The notes: generated from the letters alone by a model not told the origin. DNA of 58,955 nt, filler included, from Sphacelaria rigidula (GCA_964200075.2; 9 parts of 9 records of this genome joined end to end with filler, not necessarily neighbours in it); one strand, 5' to 3'; positions 12,241 to 25,044 are shown, counted from the whole stretch's first letter. Made by a program: numbers and translations.

Positions 12241-12488
12241 GATGGGCTAGCGAGGTCCCACACAAAGTTTCAAAACAGTAGTAGTACCAAACCTGGCTGG
12301 GCCGGTAAATAGCCTGGAAAATACTGTCCCGAATTTCACCCGGCCCGGTTTCTAATTCGCGCCGTCCAGGCTCAATTGTGAGAGCTGGACTTTCAAATTT
12401 CGTACATGGAATGAAAACGACGGAAATGTCTTTTTATCGTGCGTCAACGTCAGTTTCCTGAAAATCGGGTATTGATTATTTCCATTAT

Positions 12489-13024
12489 TAAGGCCGCTTC
12501 TTATAACAGACAAACATAAATATCTGGAAACGTGCCTTCTGGAGCTTTCACGTCGTTTTACGCCCCGAAAGAGAGCTAGGCGGAGTTTGACATCTTGGAA
12601 TGACTTGCTCTACTACTAGTTGAGGCGGTTGCAGGACATCTTCCCGTTTTCCGGTGGCCGCAGCGTTTTTTGGCCGAAGAATTCTTGTCGAAGATACGTA
12701 AAAACAGTCAAATGTAGAAAATATCGCTTTTCTCTAGACTTGACTGTTTTTCACCGTTCGACAAAAAAAGTTCTTGTTCGGCCAAAATGAAAACTGCGGC
12801 CACCGGAAAACGGGAAGATGTCCTGCAACCGCCTCAACTAGTAGAGCAAGTCCATCGACGGTTTCAAACTCCGCCTAGCTTTTTGGGGGGGCGTGAAACA
12901 ACGTGGAAGCTCCCAAAAGGCACTTTTCCAGATTTTTATTTTTGTCTGTTATAAGGCCGCTTCTTATAATAGACAAAAATAATAACCCGGAAAAATGTAT
13001 TTTTGGAGCTTTTACGTCGTTTTA
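12489..13024. mobile_element. Same foldback family, one full palindromic unit plus the start of a second in head-to-tail tandem (period 463 bp)
   Basis: TAAGGCCGCTTCTTATAA at 12489 and again at 12952; near-perfect inverted arms around 12610-12665 / 12795-12850. Confidence 0.8.
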
Positions 13025-13124
13025 NNNNNNNNNNNNNNNNNNNNNNNNNNNNNNNNNNNNNNNNNNNNTTAATTAATTAANNNNNNNNNNNNNNNNNNNN
13101 NNNNNNNNNNNNNNNNNNNNNNNN

Positions 13125-13800
13125 CCGCCGTCATCCACCCCCCTTCCCCACACGACGCTCGTCCCGTCCAGCCCTCGTCGCCGCACGTCCTGTTCACCAC
13201 ATCCACCATTCCCGCCCTGGCATGCTTCGAGCAGAACGCCGCCTTCTTGCTTCCCGCTACACCATACGACGGCCTTCTGGAGCAGCCCTCGTCGCCGCAC
13301 GTCCTGTTCACCACATTCGCCATTCCCGCACTGGCATGCTTCGAGCAGAACTCCGCCTTCTTGCTTCCCGCTACACCATACGACGGCCTTCTGGAGCATC
13401 CCTTCTCGCCGCACGTCCTGCTCACCACATCCACCATCCCCGCCCTGGCATGCTCCGAGCAGAACTCCGCCTTCTTGCTTCCCGCTACACCATACGACGG
13501 CTTCTTCGAGCAGCCCTCGTCGCTGCACGTCCTGTTCACCACATCCACCATTCCCTCCCTGGCATGCTTCGAGCAGAACTCCGCCTTTTTGCTTCCCGCT
13601 ACACCATACGAGGGGTTTTTGAAGCAGCCCCCGTCGCCGCATTTCTTCCTCACCACATCAACCATCCCCGCCCTGGCATGCTTCGAGCAGAACTCCGCCT
13701 TCTTGCTTCCCGCTACACCATACCCCGGCCGCTTCGAGCAGCCCTCGTTGATGCACTCTCTTTTTGACACGCGGGCCATCAGCCCGGTCGCGTGGTGTTC
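13125..13800 (-). CDS. EsV-1-7 cysteine-rich repeat protein (exon; 3' end lost at contig edge)
   Basis: Five complete 38-aa (114-bp) repeats RTCGDEGCSRRPSYGVAGSKKAEFCSKHARAGMVDVV with C-X4-C-X16-C-X2-H, plus a partial sixth; frame extends upstream to a CTTCTCTTCAG acceptor at 13801 (EHHATGLMARV = end of a preceding repeat). Confidence 0.9.
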
Positions 13801-16800
13801 CTGAAGAGAAGTAACATTTCACGGTGGCATAATTGGCAAAACACCGGGGGGTTCTCTTGTCAGCTGCAGAAGAAAGCGAGTTGAAAAAAAAGCTATTGTC
13901 GCACATCAACGGGAAGCACAGGAACTACCTGCACTTGCTGAAAAAAAGCTTTACATAAACTGATCGCCACGACTACCACTCTAGTGCCCAAGGTAATTCA
14001 AGCGCATGTAACTTCCTCCCCAGTATGGCAGTATGGATCTAGAAGTACATACAGCATTGAAAGGATACAAGAGGTGAATGAAAGCAGACAAGCTTGAACG
14101 TATAATACCAAGCCGTGATTCACCGGACATGATACATGCAGTATTACACAACTCAAGGCTTGTGGAACACCTGCCAACATTTTGGGAAGTTGCTCTACAC
14201 CGACAGAATACCTGACAACGTTGGGGGAAATCATTTACACCAACAACGTTGGAGGAAATCGTCCTGAACTCGAAGATGCCTGATCACATTCCGAGCTACT
14301 GGCCTGGTTCGATCCTGTTCTATTTGACGGCTACAAGAATGAAATAGGAGAGGGATGTCTTTCGTTCTCAACAGCGGTTCAAGCGACCGTCGAAAGCAAG
14401 TTATAGCGATTTCGATACCGAACTTGATAGGTGTACACGCGCAAAAAAGTATACATATCTGCCGAATCGTAATACACGCGCACATGTGCTCCTATGCTTG
14501 AATATCTTCATCTCTTTTGCCATATCGGGTACCGTGGGAATCAACAGTAATGTATTGTTTTAGTTTCCACTTCACCCACACGTGAGTTCACATGTCGGGT
14601 TACCTGATGTTTGCTTTAGTCACTTCCACCTCATAAATTTTGGCTCGTATCGCGTCTACATGGTGTGTATGGGTAGTACATGCTTGTTGTCGCCAGGGTC
14701 AGAGTGTCATGTCAGGAAAGCGCCGGAAGCTGGGCGGGCCGCGAAACTGGTGGGTAAAGAAATAAGGCTTCAGTACAGCGCACTGCACATCTGTTGGATG
14801 ATTATATCACTACTCTACACGATTGGTGCAAACATTCTAGACGACGACGACATGACGGTAATCTTCGCCGTGAACATCCTCCCCTTCACAGTCCTTGTGG
14901 AAACCGGCAGACGCCTGACAACTTCTTCAAATGGGGGATGGATTTTTTGAGGGGATGAACAAGGTCAAAAGTTGGACCGGGAAGTGCATAAGCGATTCTC
15001 TCGAAATATTGTTTCTTCACTTGTCGGATCGTCGCCCGAGGTTTCGGAGGGCGTTCAGCGGCGGCGGCGGGGGCATCGACGCGAGCCAATGCCGGGCCGC
15101 GGAAGCAACCTCCATGGTGAGTGTTGACTGTAAGATATGGGGAGCCTGAGACCACGTCGAGGTAGTGAATGAAAAGTCTCGGTGGGAGGACATCGTTTGG
15201 ATTTGCGATCCGACCGGATGGCACGAATGCAAAACGTCCGCTGTATCCGTGTAACAATGTTTCTAATGGTGAGTACAGATTAATTTATAAATTCATTTAT
15301 TTCAATTATAACTCACCGTTGGATCTGCTTGGGACGTCGTGGGGCCCATGAAAACTACTGAAGGTTACGAGATCACGCATGTACATGAAAATATATTTAA
15401 GGATTGGATTATGTCCGATGTTCGGATAGATTTCAATCCAACGTGCAACTTACAATCCGCTTACAATACATGGCGGTCCGTACGGATACCCCGAAGTAGG
15501 TTTTGCATGTTTCGGTCCAACTTTTGACGTTGTCCATCCCCCAAGTAAAATCTATCCCCGACTTGTAAAATCCCGTGTTCAAGGGTAAAATATTCGAAAC
15601 GCGCTGATATCTGACCAAACGTTGGGGAAATGTCTTCCAGAGTACCAGGATACCACCATTGTTGGACGTACCATTCGGCCTATTGAGGTGTCATCCCGCC
15701 CGTGTCCGACACACATCCTACGGTGAACATGTACTCCCTCTGATGGCGAATATCAGGAAGGTAAGGACAACACGCGGTCTAACTCGGCTCCAGGATAATG
15801 TTTTTGCGAACTGCTCTTTTTTGCGGTTTCTCCGCGTTAATTCAGAACAACTAAACCGGTGTTTTCATATTTCCCTCCGAAGAGGGTACTCTTACTGCAG
15901 CAGAAGTAGCTCGACACCACCACCCCTTCCCATCCCCTGATGAGGCATGCCTGGTGCTGGGTGTGCAGTCCAAGGGCCAAAGCGCAACAATTTCAACAAT
16001 TCTAGGCAAGAGAAAGTGATTCGGTACCTCCTTGCTGGCACCTTAGAGTTTGGGTCAGGGTTAGGGTCAGGCAACCAGGGGATGATAACGATTCATCCCC
16101 GCCTGTTTAAAATATTTTTGTTTTCTTCCATTATCCGGTTATACATGCAGAGTTCATCCAACGTCCAACGACGCCTACATGGGGCATATAGTACAAAACT
16201 TGCTTATACTACGAATTTCCTCACCTTGCTTATATTGGCGATCAGAGGGAGTACCGCTCTACTCGCATTAAACACATGCCTTCTGGAATGAACACGTATT
16301 TTACGTATACCGCGGAAATGAGTGCTACATAAACGTGTATGCTACCTTAGTTGGGCACAGACGTTCTGAAGAAAACCAGGTATTATACATCTGTGCGGCA
16401 CATGCGCTCTCAAGAGGAGATGTTTCATGTCCCGTCAGCCCAACGCGTGAGATACTGTAGTGGTGGTGCTTCGAGGTCAACTGTAGATGTTTGGTGCAAG
16501 TTGACGAAGAAAGCGCACAAGCGGATGGAAAGACCTGTCGTTTATCTGCTGTTACTGTGACATCTGATTACATTCCATATTTCTGTGGCATGCTGCACTT
16601 GTCATCTCCATCATCTTAGTCAAACGAACATCCCATTACCCTCCAAGCACCCTTCACGTGTGCGCCAAGCATGTCATGTGCAAAGGTGTGCATGGAATCG
16701 ACCAGCAGTGCGCCTGCGCACGCTTGACAATGGTATGGTTCTCCCGTGAACAAATCGCAAATCCGGGCCCGCGGTCAGGCAAAACACAACAGTTTACCCT

Positions 16801-19519
16801 CCATTTCGTCCATATGTGATCCGAGGCAGCTGTGTCTTCAAGACCGAAAAATGCCCACTCGCAGCACGACCGGTACATGGTGTTTCAGGGCCTTGACTTA
16901 AGGGGGGGGCGGTGGTACGCGTACTCTCGAAGCACTAAATGGCGTGCACTCGTAAGGGCACGTGGGTCAAACACAATCGTTTGCAGAGACGCTTGCCAAT
17001 GCTCTTCTGCGTGTGCCAACCTGTGTACTGTGCTGTTCCATCGCCAACAACATAACGCTTTGCTTAGTCTGGGCACGTTCTGTTCAGCGAACTTCGAGTG
17101 GGCTAAATGAGACATCGAAATGCGTGAAAACAGCGAACCCATGTGACGCGCATGGCAAGTTTTCACCTGACCATCCCTCAGTCGGGCACACGTCTCGAGT
17201 GATCGTCTGTTACCGGACAGCAAAAGTGAACATCTCACAGGACCGTTGCTGCACCGCTTCAGGAACGTAGACGCGTGAGAAAGATACGCATGAAATGCTG
17301 GCCATATGAAAACCTGTCCATCACGCATTGTATGACTTTTTGTTTTTGCCATGTACCTGGCAATGGCACATACAGTAAACTAGGTTTGACTGTGAAAACC
17401 TCAAACCCTCACGTGTGACATACCCCCATCACGAAGGCGGGCTTCATGCACCACTACAATCACATGTGCCGTGTACATACTTTGCGTGCCGATAAAGCAC
17501 ATCATGCTTCCAAACGTCTGGAAACATATACCCAGTCCTACTAGCTGCCTATCGATGACTCTGTTCAAGGACCACGGCTACATGGTAAAGGTGGTACCTT
17601 CCGACGACTATTGAAGCAGCCCCGGAAACTGGTGTCGGAATGTCCAGAAGACGTTCCTCGAGTCGTCCGAATCTACGACCATTCCATTCTTGATTTCTGA
17701 CTACTCTTTCCACGAAGCTCCTGTCGCGAGACATGATTCAGCTGCTCTTGCGGAAATACCGTGTCTGGGGTGGGGGGAATGCAGGTGGGTGAGAATGCTC
17801 CCGAACACATGCTAAATAAAACACGCGCTGCAACGTGCACATGAATCATTACAACCATCACTGTTAAACAGAGAGCACAGCGAAACCTGTGGTTGGCGAC
17901 TCGCTTGCACCATGTGAACGGGATATCATTGCAAACATCCGACCCCAATATTCGAGCCTGCTGATGATCATCGGGAGGCAACAACTGCACTATATGAATT
18001 TGGTCAAGTAGGGAGGATCCGATATAATCCCTCACTTGTTGCAGAGCATACACTGCTGAGTGAGCACGCAAGGCATGTGCACGACAAACACAATTTCACT
18101 AGTGTATAAGCTTTCCCCTCGTGACTAGCACATTTCACCTGTGCTGTACTCCACATCGAAACGATAGGTAAGGCTACAGGACGTTCCTAGAAGTCCGGCC
18201 AATCGAACGACCTCATCGTCTTTCTTCCCGATAGAAATGAACTACTAGGCTACTGTACGAGGACCGCAATAATCATAGCTTTTGCACGGGATGAGCTTGT
18301 CGTATACATGTCACAGCCCCTTCCTGTTACAAATGAGAGCGATTGGGTGCCGGCAATGCCATCTCGCACGCCTGCAAGGTTTACTAATAGCCACATGAGG
18401 AGAACACCTCAGCTGTAGGCACGTAAAGAATGCACCTACAATGGCAAAAGATCGAAGTCAACTCTACAGTTCATGCATGTTATGTTGCCGCTGTTGCGTG
18501 TCTGTTGCCAAAGAGAAATAAACGGCGAATACTCTTGCAAGTCGTTGATGGGGCGTTAGGAGCTCGTCAATGCCTCCATCTCCGTCAGCCGTCCGTCACC
18601 TGAATTCTTCCCTAGTGATTGTCGGAGCTGTTTTGGTGAGCATGAGTAGGCTAGTGGCGCTGGTCCAGCTATTGGCATGAGCAGCAGTGCACGTGGCGGA
18701 ATGATGGGGGAAAGTGGGTCCCCTGAATATCCAGACAGTAAAATGGGTGCGTGCGGACGTGCACACATGTAGTACTAAAGAGACAGTGCAGTGCTCTGTT
18801 GGTTGGACATATCGATAGAACAGTTGCTCTAGACACCAAGCTTTTGCGGAACCTACAAGTTGGTTGATGGACATGTAAGCGATCATCTTCATTCACGTGA
18901 GGCGAAATCAGCTTCGGACAGTCGTTGAGACGTCAGCGATTTGTTACCATGCCATCACACGCTGTCTATGTTGAGGCAGGGAGGTAGATCTGCGGTCTAA
19001 GCTATCGCGGATGTCGCTGTTGGTCATCAGATGTTGCTTTGAAGCTACAGTTCGATCGACCCTGCACCGTGTCCGGAACATGAGCCGCAAGAAACACGAG
19101 CCCTAGAGAGAGGAATAATAACACCCCCGGGGCATCTGGTATCCATCAGCTGCCTCGCATACCAACAGCTTGAGCTTTCACACAGCAGAAGGAGACACGA
19201 TCATGACCATGGCCCGAGGGCGTATGTTGTCGACAAGATTTCGAACAAAAGTAACTGCTCGAGAGGTCGTGATAAAAACATTTTTTTAATTGATACAGCC
19301 GTGAAGGTCACTCAACAATGGTGCTCAACGGCTTCAAAATGCCGGCCCAAAAAACGTTGTCGGTCGGACGGTCACCGTAAAATCTTCCGCCCATCGACAT
19401 GCTTGTATTGCTACGATCATCACTACAACAATATATATATCGTCGAAGGTGCCCATGCGTGTCTTTCTCCCTATCTTCCACCGTTTTCCTCTTTTGGTGT
19501 GGAAACGAAAAACCCCGAC

Positions 19520-19586
19520 CTGATACTTTCTACGATAGCCCCCCCCCAGAAAAGTGCATGGTTTTGGGAGGCAAAATCTTCATGTA
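19520..19586 (+). mobile_element. End fragment of the ACTTTCTACGATAGCCCC-TIR MITE family
   Basis: Matches the left end of 49188-49450; another fragment at ~52560-52594. Confidence 0.7.
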
Positions 19587-19686
19587 NNNNNNNNNNNNNN
19601 NNNNNNNNNNNNNNNNNNNNNNNNNNNNNNTTAATTAATTAANNNNNNNNNNNNNNNNNNNNNNNNNNNNNNNNNNNNNNNNNNNN

Positions 19687-20483
19687 CAACAAGGAGTACG
19701 AGCGAATGATGGCCATGAAAAAATCGAGAAGCTTGCAGGTGAACGAACCTACTTGCCCCAGCGCCTCATCTCACCAGCCCCCACCCACGGCAGTTCATAC
19801 TCGATACCTCTTAACGCCTTCGATATCACTTTCAGGACAAAGCGTTACTCATCGATTTATCGAGTTATCGAGTAGTCGAGTAGGGATCATCAAAATGAGC
19901 GACTCTACTGGCCACGGTTTGACAAGACAGTTTGACCTCGAATCAACACTCATCATGGGCAGGCAACTCTAGGAATACCTCGGTATTTCCTCTACCCAAA
20001 TTTGAGTATCTTGCGTACGAACTTGAATGTTGAAGTTGAAGTTACTGTATATATTCTCGGTACAACGGATCCGGCCTCAGATACTCCACTCAAATTTTGA
20101 GTAGAGCGAGTACGGCCTCCAATACTCTACTCACATTTTGGGTACGTTGAGTACGGCCTCAAATACTCTACTCAAATTTTGAGTAGGTCGAGTACGGCCT
20201 CCAATACCCTACTCAAATTTTGAGTAGGTCGAGTAAGACCTCAAGTACTCTACTCAAATGTTGAGTAAGTACTCCCAGTAATACTTGAGTATAGAGTATC
20301 ACTTGAGTATGACCTCAAAACTCTACTCAAATTTCGAGTAGGTCGAGTATGGTCTCAAATACTCTACTCAAACTTTGTGTACGTTGAGTACGGCTTCCAA
20401 TACTCTACTCAAATTTCGAGTACTAAAAGTATGACTCTTCAAAAATACCGAGTATTGAGTGTACTCTACTCGACCTACCCTTG
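19687..20483. mobile_element. Second copy of the GAGTA-hairpin-array hAT-like element
   Basis: 41-bp period at 20081-20420; ends TACTCTACTCGACCTACCCTTG; internal homology to 385-780. Confidence 0.8.
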
Positions 20484-20838
20484 AAGGAATTACTTGACAT
20501 GGGGTTTAATCAACGAGAAAGTATTGGCCCAGACTTTTGAGCAGATGGGCACCTCCCCCTTAATTAGACAACTGATATTATATGCGGACCACGGCCCAAC
20601 TCGTCTGTGTCGATGAGATATTGCTTTGAGAGCTTAAACCCGTTTCTAGGCTGGCCCGGCTCGTGAAGGCTCTGCTTGATTCAAAACACAAGGAGTACAG
20701 AACGCCTCCTTCCCCAAATAACGTTCGCACGAGCGCAAACAGACACGCCTGTGCGAATTCAACCCGGAAGATACACCTTCGAGCAAGAGTATGCCCACCG
20801 TGACACTGTTATACTCGTTCTTGTCTCCGACTACTCAG

Positions 20839-21007
20839 CGACCAACGAGCAACGGTCCAGTGGGTTCTGCAGTTCCAGCCGCCCCCGATACAGCCGACGA
20901 CAACGCAGGAAGCGAAACTGCTTCGGGACACGATGACCAAGACGAGCAAAAAGGCCGACGAGATCCTGCAGAAGGCCTGGGACAAGAAGAGGGTGCAGTA
21001 CGCGAAA
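20839..21007 (+). CDS. Isolated putative exon of an unknown protein (DQRATVQWVLQFQPPP...KADEILQKAWDKKRVQYAK)
   Basis: Pyrimidine-rich acceptor CTACTCAG, GC3-rich codons, GTATGA donor; an alternative frame ending at the GTACGC donor at 21074 is also open. Confidence 0.4.
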
Positions 21008-21277
21008 GTATGAGGGAAGCGGCGGTGGTCCGGCCGCCCCCGCCACGGAGACCGATTTCTCCCCTGGGTCGAGGTACGCGTGTGTTAACGTTAAGTATCT
21101 TGGATCGGGTGTCTCGAAGCAGCTACGAGTGGCACAATCGTAGATATTAATAGTTATCCTTTTTCTGTTTTAATACATTCGCTTTATCGCTCGGACGCGC
21201 GGTCGTCCTGCTTGTGGTCGACGGCTCTCCCGTGAGCCTCGTGACCACACCACCGTGTTTCCAGGTGTCTGAGACTA

Positions 21278-21600
21278 CTGCCGCGCCCCGGCGGTCTGAA
21301 TTAAAATTGTCCAATGGACACCATTAGGGTGGGGAGAGCGCGGGTTCAATCCCCGCCAGATGCGTGTAGTTGTATTGTTCACAGTGTCTGACTTCCGTCG
21401 TTCAAAGCGTGGGGTCCTGAGTAGCAGAAGAGCTTGTTCGACTGAGTTTGTTTGACGAAGGTCGACGCGGTGCGGGAGTGCTGATCTAATCTGCGATATC
21501 AGAATGCAAGGCGTGTAATGGGGAGCGATGGCTTGATCCCTTGGGACCACGGACTCGTCCCGAGGAAGGAGAGGGGGTCAAGTACGACAAAGAAAAGAGA
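21278..21600 (+). mobile_element. tRNA-derived SINE
   Basis: GGGTTCAATCCC B box; same core and GATCCCTTGGGACCACGGACTCGTCCCGAGG tail as 10852-11154. Confidence 0.8.
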
Positions 21601-23523
21601 AAGACTGCAGCGCGTGAGGCTCTCTGTAGACGCGAGTGAAGATTGACCTCATAATAGCCCTCTCCTGAACTCCGTGACTTGTAGTGGCTTCTAGTTGCAT
21701 GGCTATCGGCGTGAAATGGAAAATCGCGTCGTTGTTCTTCCCATTGATACCGTCCTTCGTAACCCATTGATACCGTCCTTCGTACTGAATCGCGTTGACC
21801 TTGTGTCGGCAATTTCTCGTATGTTTTGCACCACGTTCGTCGGCAGATCAAGCGGACCGAGTTATGCGCGCCATGCAGGGCTTCGCGCTGTCCGCCCCAT
21901 CCCCACCACGTGAGAGCACTTCTTCAGTAGTCGAATGACCTAGATTGATTTAATCTCTTCTGTAAACGGGACTAGTGGAGGACGGGTATGGTCTGTCTCA
22001 CCCAGGACAGAGGGTATGTGGGTAGGAGCTTCTCACTCGGGGTATAGGGTACGGAGCGAGTGGGAGCGCGACGTAGACTTGGCGTCGGTAAGTCTTGCAG
22101 CGGCAGGACTCGGGACAGGAGACGAAGTGACATACTGGGGGCGTTGGTTGACAACGCCCAGAGTGTAAGAGGATGATTATGGCCCGGACTGGGGAATGGA
22201 GGATGACAGTCCCGAGGTCGACAGGTCCGCGGGTGACGGGTTCGGGTTTGACGGACCCGGGTCATTAGTAAGCGGGTCGGGTCAACAGAGGTGGTTATCA
22301 TATTTCTCCAAATAAGTAATACCTCTACGTAAAATCAGCACCAAGCCGCATCTATAGTGAATGTACTTCCTCTGTGCCATAAGTAAAGTCCGTTATGGGG
22401 TGCAGCTCGTATATCGCCAACAGAGTTGCCCACAATGCTTTAGTAATGTTTTTTTAAAAGCTGTTGATGTGCTGATGCTCGCTAAAAAAAAAAATGAGCC
22501 AAAATGACTGAAAACTAGTGGGTCGAAACATGGCCAAAGTCGACCAATTTCGACCTCCATTTTCGGCAAGAATTCGATTTTTTTTGCCCGTTGTGTAACC
22601 AATTGGACGCAGCTATATGACCAAGTGGTTTTGGACGAGGCGCGGGTATCGTACGAAGCTGATGAGTCGGCGGCATGTGGTTATTTCGACATTTTTTTCG
22701 CGATTTTTGAAGTCATGGGGGGTTTCCAATGTTCTTCGCTGTTTCCCAGAAACGAACAAAATACGGCCTTTTTTGGGCCGACTGATCTTTTCCGGCCGTT
22801 CATGCATGCATAAAGGTGCGCAGTGAAAAGAAAAGAATAATCGAATTTGAATAAAAAAACACCGAAGGTGTCGAAAAAATTGTCGCCTTTTGCATCGGTG
22901 ACGGTCAAGGGTGTGTGAAGTCATAACGACCGTCACTTGTGGCAAAGAGGAAGTATACACTTATTGGGCGTGAGGTCCATGTTCCGAATTATTCTCTGTT
23001 TATTTCGAATTATTATCTCGTTATTCCTTCATGCACGCCAGAACACAAGCAAGTTCGTTTGCCTACTCTGGATCCAAATAGGCGAATCTACGCCGGAAAA
23101 GAAGTACTTGCAATCTCGCTCGAAATCTCCTCAATTTTGTTGATCTCGCGGCTTTTATTTTCAAAGTGATGAACGCCTGGATGGTGTCGCATATTTTGCC
23201 CGAGACAAAAGAGGCACATTCGGCTCGTGGCGCAGGTGATTCCCGTCGTGCACGATCGATGCTTGTCCCACGAAACCATGAGTAGCGCCACTGGGCACGT
23301 AATTTTTGTCCTGCGCGAAATCCGCTCACCGTTGGGCCACCAAATGTGTGTTTGGCATATTCCGCGGGAGCATGTGTTTTGAAAATAATACTTTATGGAC
23401 ACAGGTGGACTCACTCATGGGCTCAAGTAGACTTCCTCCATGGAAGAGAGGAGTCTCTGTGTTTCGCCCCGATTTCTTCGAATTGCCCGAACGGTTGTGT
23501 AAAGCGATGAAAAACGGAATGGT

Positions 23524-23595
23524 CTCCCTCGCCGGGAATTGAACCCGGGTCTCATGAGTGAAAGTCATATATCCTAACCATTGGACTACGAGGGA
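23524..23595 (-). tRNA. tRNA-Glu (anticodon UUC)
   Basis: TCCCTCG/CGAGGGA acceptor stem, GTCC/GGAT D stem, TATGA-CTTTCAC-TCATG anticodon arm, CCGGG-TTCAATT-CCCGG T arm, T5 Pol III terminator ~10 nt downstream. Confidence 0.93.
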
Positions 23596-24061
23596 CACTG
23601 GAGATGTGAGGTGGGTCACGCAAAGGATTCCAATAGATATCCGCATGTATATCATGAATATAAAAATAAATGCATGTATGGAAGGGATAAGCCCCTTCGT
23701 AGGTTCTACAAGGCGTTGGTCTCTTCTTTAGTGGTTTGGTGCGGAGTACACACCGGGTTGTGGTGTTTGTGGGCGAGCCAGCTTGGGGCTGAATTTGCAT
23801 AGCAAAGATGCCCCGCGTTCATCCGAGGAATGTTCCTTCCGAGGTATTCCTCCTAGGAATTCCAGAAACGGTTCTGACTCCATCTGTGTAACCCCGGCCA
23901 GAACCACTTCTGGACGGCCATCTGACGTCACTCTACCTGTCAATCTATGGTGGCATTTACATCATCCCCCTATCTTCAGCGCGGGTGCCTGACGTCCGTG
24001 TTGGAGATACAAGAGATGAGAAATGTCTTATAGATTGAACATGAGTAAGTATCCGGATATA

Positions 24062-24970
24062 TACGAGCTGGGCCAGCTGTAGAACGTGCAGACGCGTATC
24101 TCACAAAAACTTCTCAGGTTTCCCAAATCAGCCCGACTTCGGCATATCGCTGTGAACTGCAGACCAAGCTGATAACGCCGGTTCCGCCGCTGGTCGGTTG
24201 GCGTAGTTTTGGCGATGACGTTATTGCGCTGCATTTAGTACCGGGTGCGTCTCATATCGTGGCGTGAGAGCGCATGCTGAGTTCTTTTTAGGAAACGCGG
24301 CGGAATTTAGGAAATGCGGAGGAATTACGTATGACAACTTTGACACGCACAGTCAAGAGTGGACTGGGAATGCTGCGAGATGACATCACGCTCGTTAGCA
24401 GCTCCATCATGGGAGAGGACGACCGAGCCGATTGTCACATACGATGAGCACAGACACAAGTATCCAACTAGGGCTGGACTGCAACGCTTTTCCTCGATCA
24501 AATCCACGATGGTGATCGTTCGTTCTTACGGTTGGAAAAAAAAATCTGCCAGATTATGGGAGGGGAAATGGTCGCGCCGGGATTCGAACTCTTGACCGGT
24601 GTCGTAGGAGGCTTGTGTATCAGTTGGACTACTGGGGCGCAGCGATGTCACACGAAAAGTGCCAGGCTGCTGGGTCCAATTTTGAGAAGTTTTACCCGAA
24701 ATAGTACCAGAATCTCCCCGGCGCAAGTACGTCCAACATTTCTGGCGATGTCGCGGTTATTCGTTTTTTTCACCGAGTTTTGACATTTTTCCAGTTTTAG
24801 CTAAAATTTGAAAATCGCTCTAATTTCTGGGGGGGGGGTTGGCATTCCGAGAATTGTAGCGCGTGTTGATTATAGCATATCGTGTCAAAATTTCTGCGCC
24901 TAGCTCCTCAAATTGAGCACCGCCTCACCCGCATACCGACAAGAATCGCTATCAGCTGGGTCAGCTCGTA
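24062..24970. mobile_element. TA-flanked TIR element (Tc1/mariner-like MITE) containing a tRNA-like segment at ~24570-24640
   Basis: TA-CGAGCTGGGCCAGCTG ... CAGCTGGGTCAGCTCG-TA; colinear with 36463-37062. Confidence 0.8.
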
Positions 24971-25044
24971 TATCGTATGTAGACTATATATTGTGTCGCA
25001 CTTCGAACCTTCACCCTTCCACGTCCTGGGCCTTCCTCGTGACG

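Noticed and set aside
13073..13804. Alternative-frame and antisense ORFs over the EsV-1-7 repeat
   Set aside because: Shadows of a GC-rich tandem repeat; only one frame gives the Cys/His motif
16049..16071. Telomere-like GGGTCA/GGGTTA units (also ~43193-43214)
   Set aside because: Only 3-4 degenerate units; not an array
18556..18600. Possible terminal exon GDGRLTEMEALTSS* and other single candidate exons (17595-17720, 45470-45580, 56460-56545)
   Set aside because: Short, frame ambiguous, with no partner exon or recognisable homology
13125..19586. Integrated phaeovirus/giant-virus segment
   Set aside because: No other viral genes, low coding density, and a splice acceptor precedes the EsV-1-7 exon
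20081..20420. CRISPR-like array (regular palindromic ~41-bp repeats; also 800-1240)
   Set aside because: Units abut with no unique spacers, derive from a transposon TIR, and there are no cas genes; eukaryotic context
24570..24640. Functional tRNA genes here, at 15-97 and at 36668-36735
   Set aside because: Stems do not pair fully; embedded in repeats, so treated as tRNA-derived
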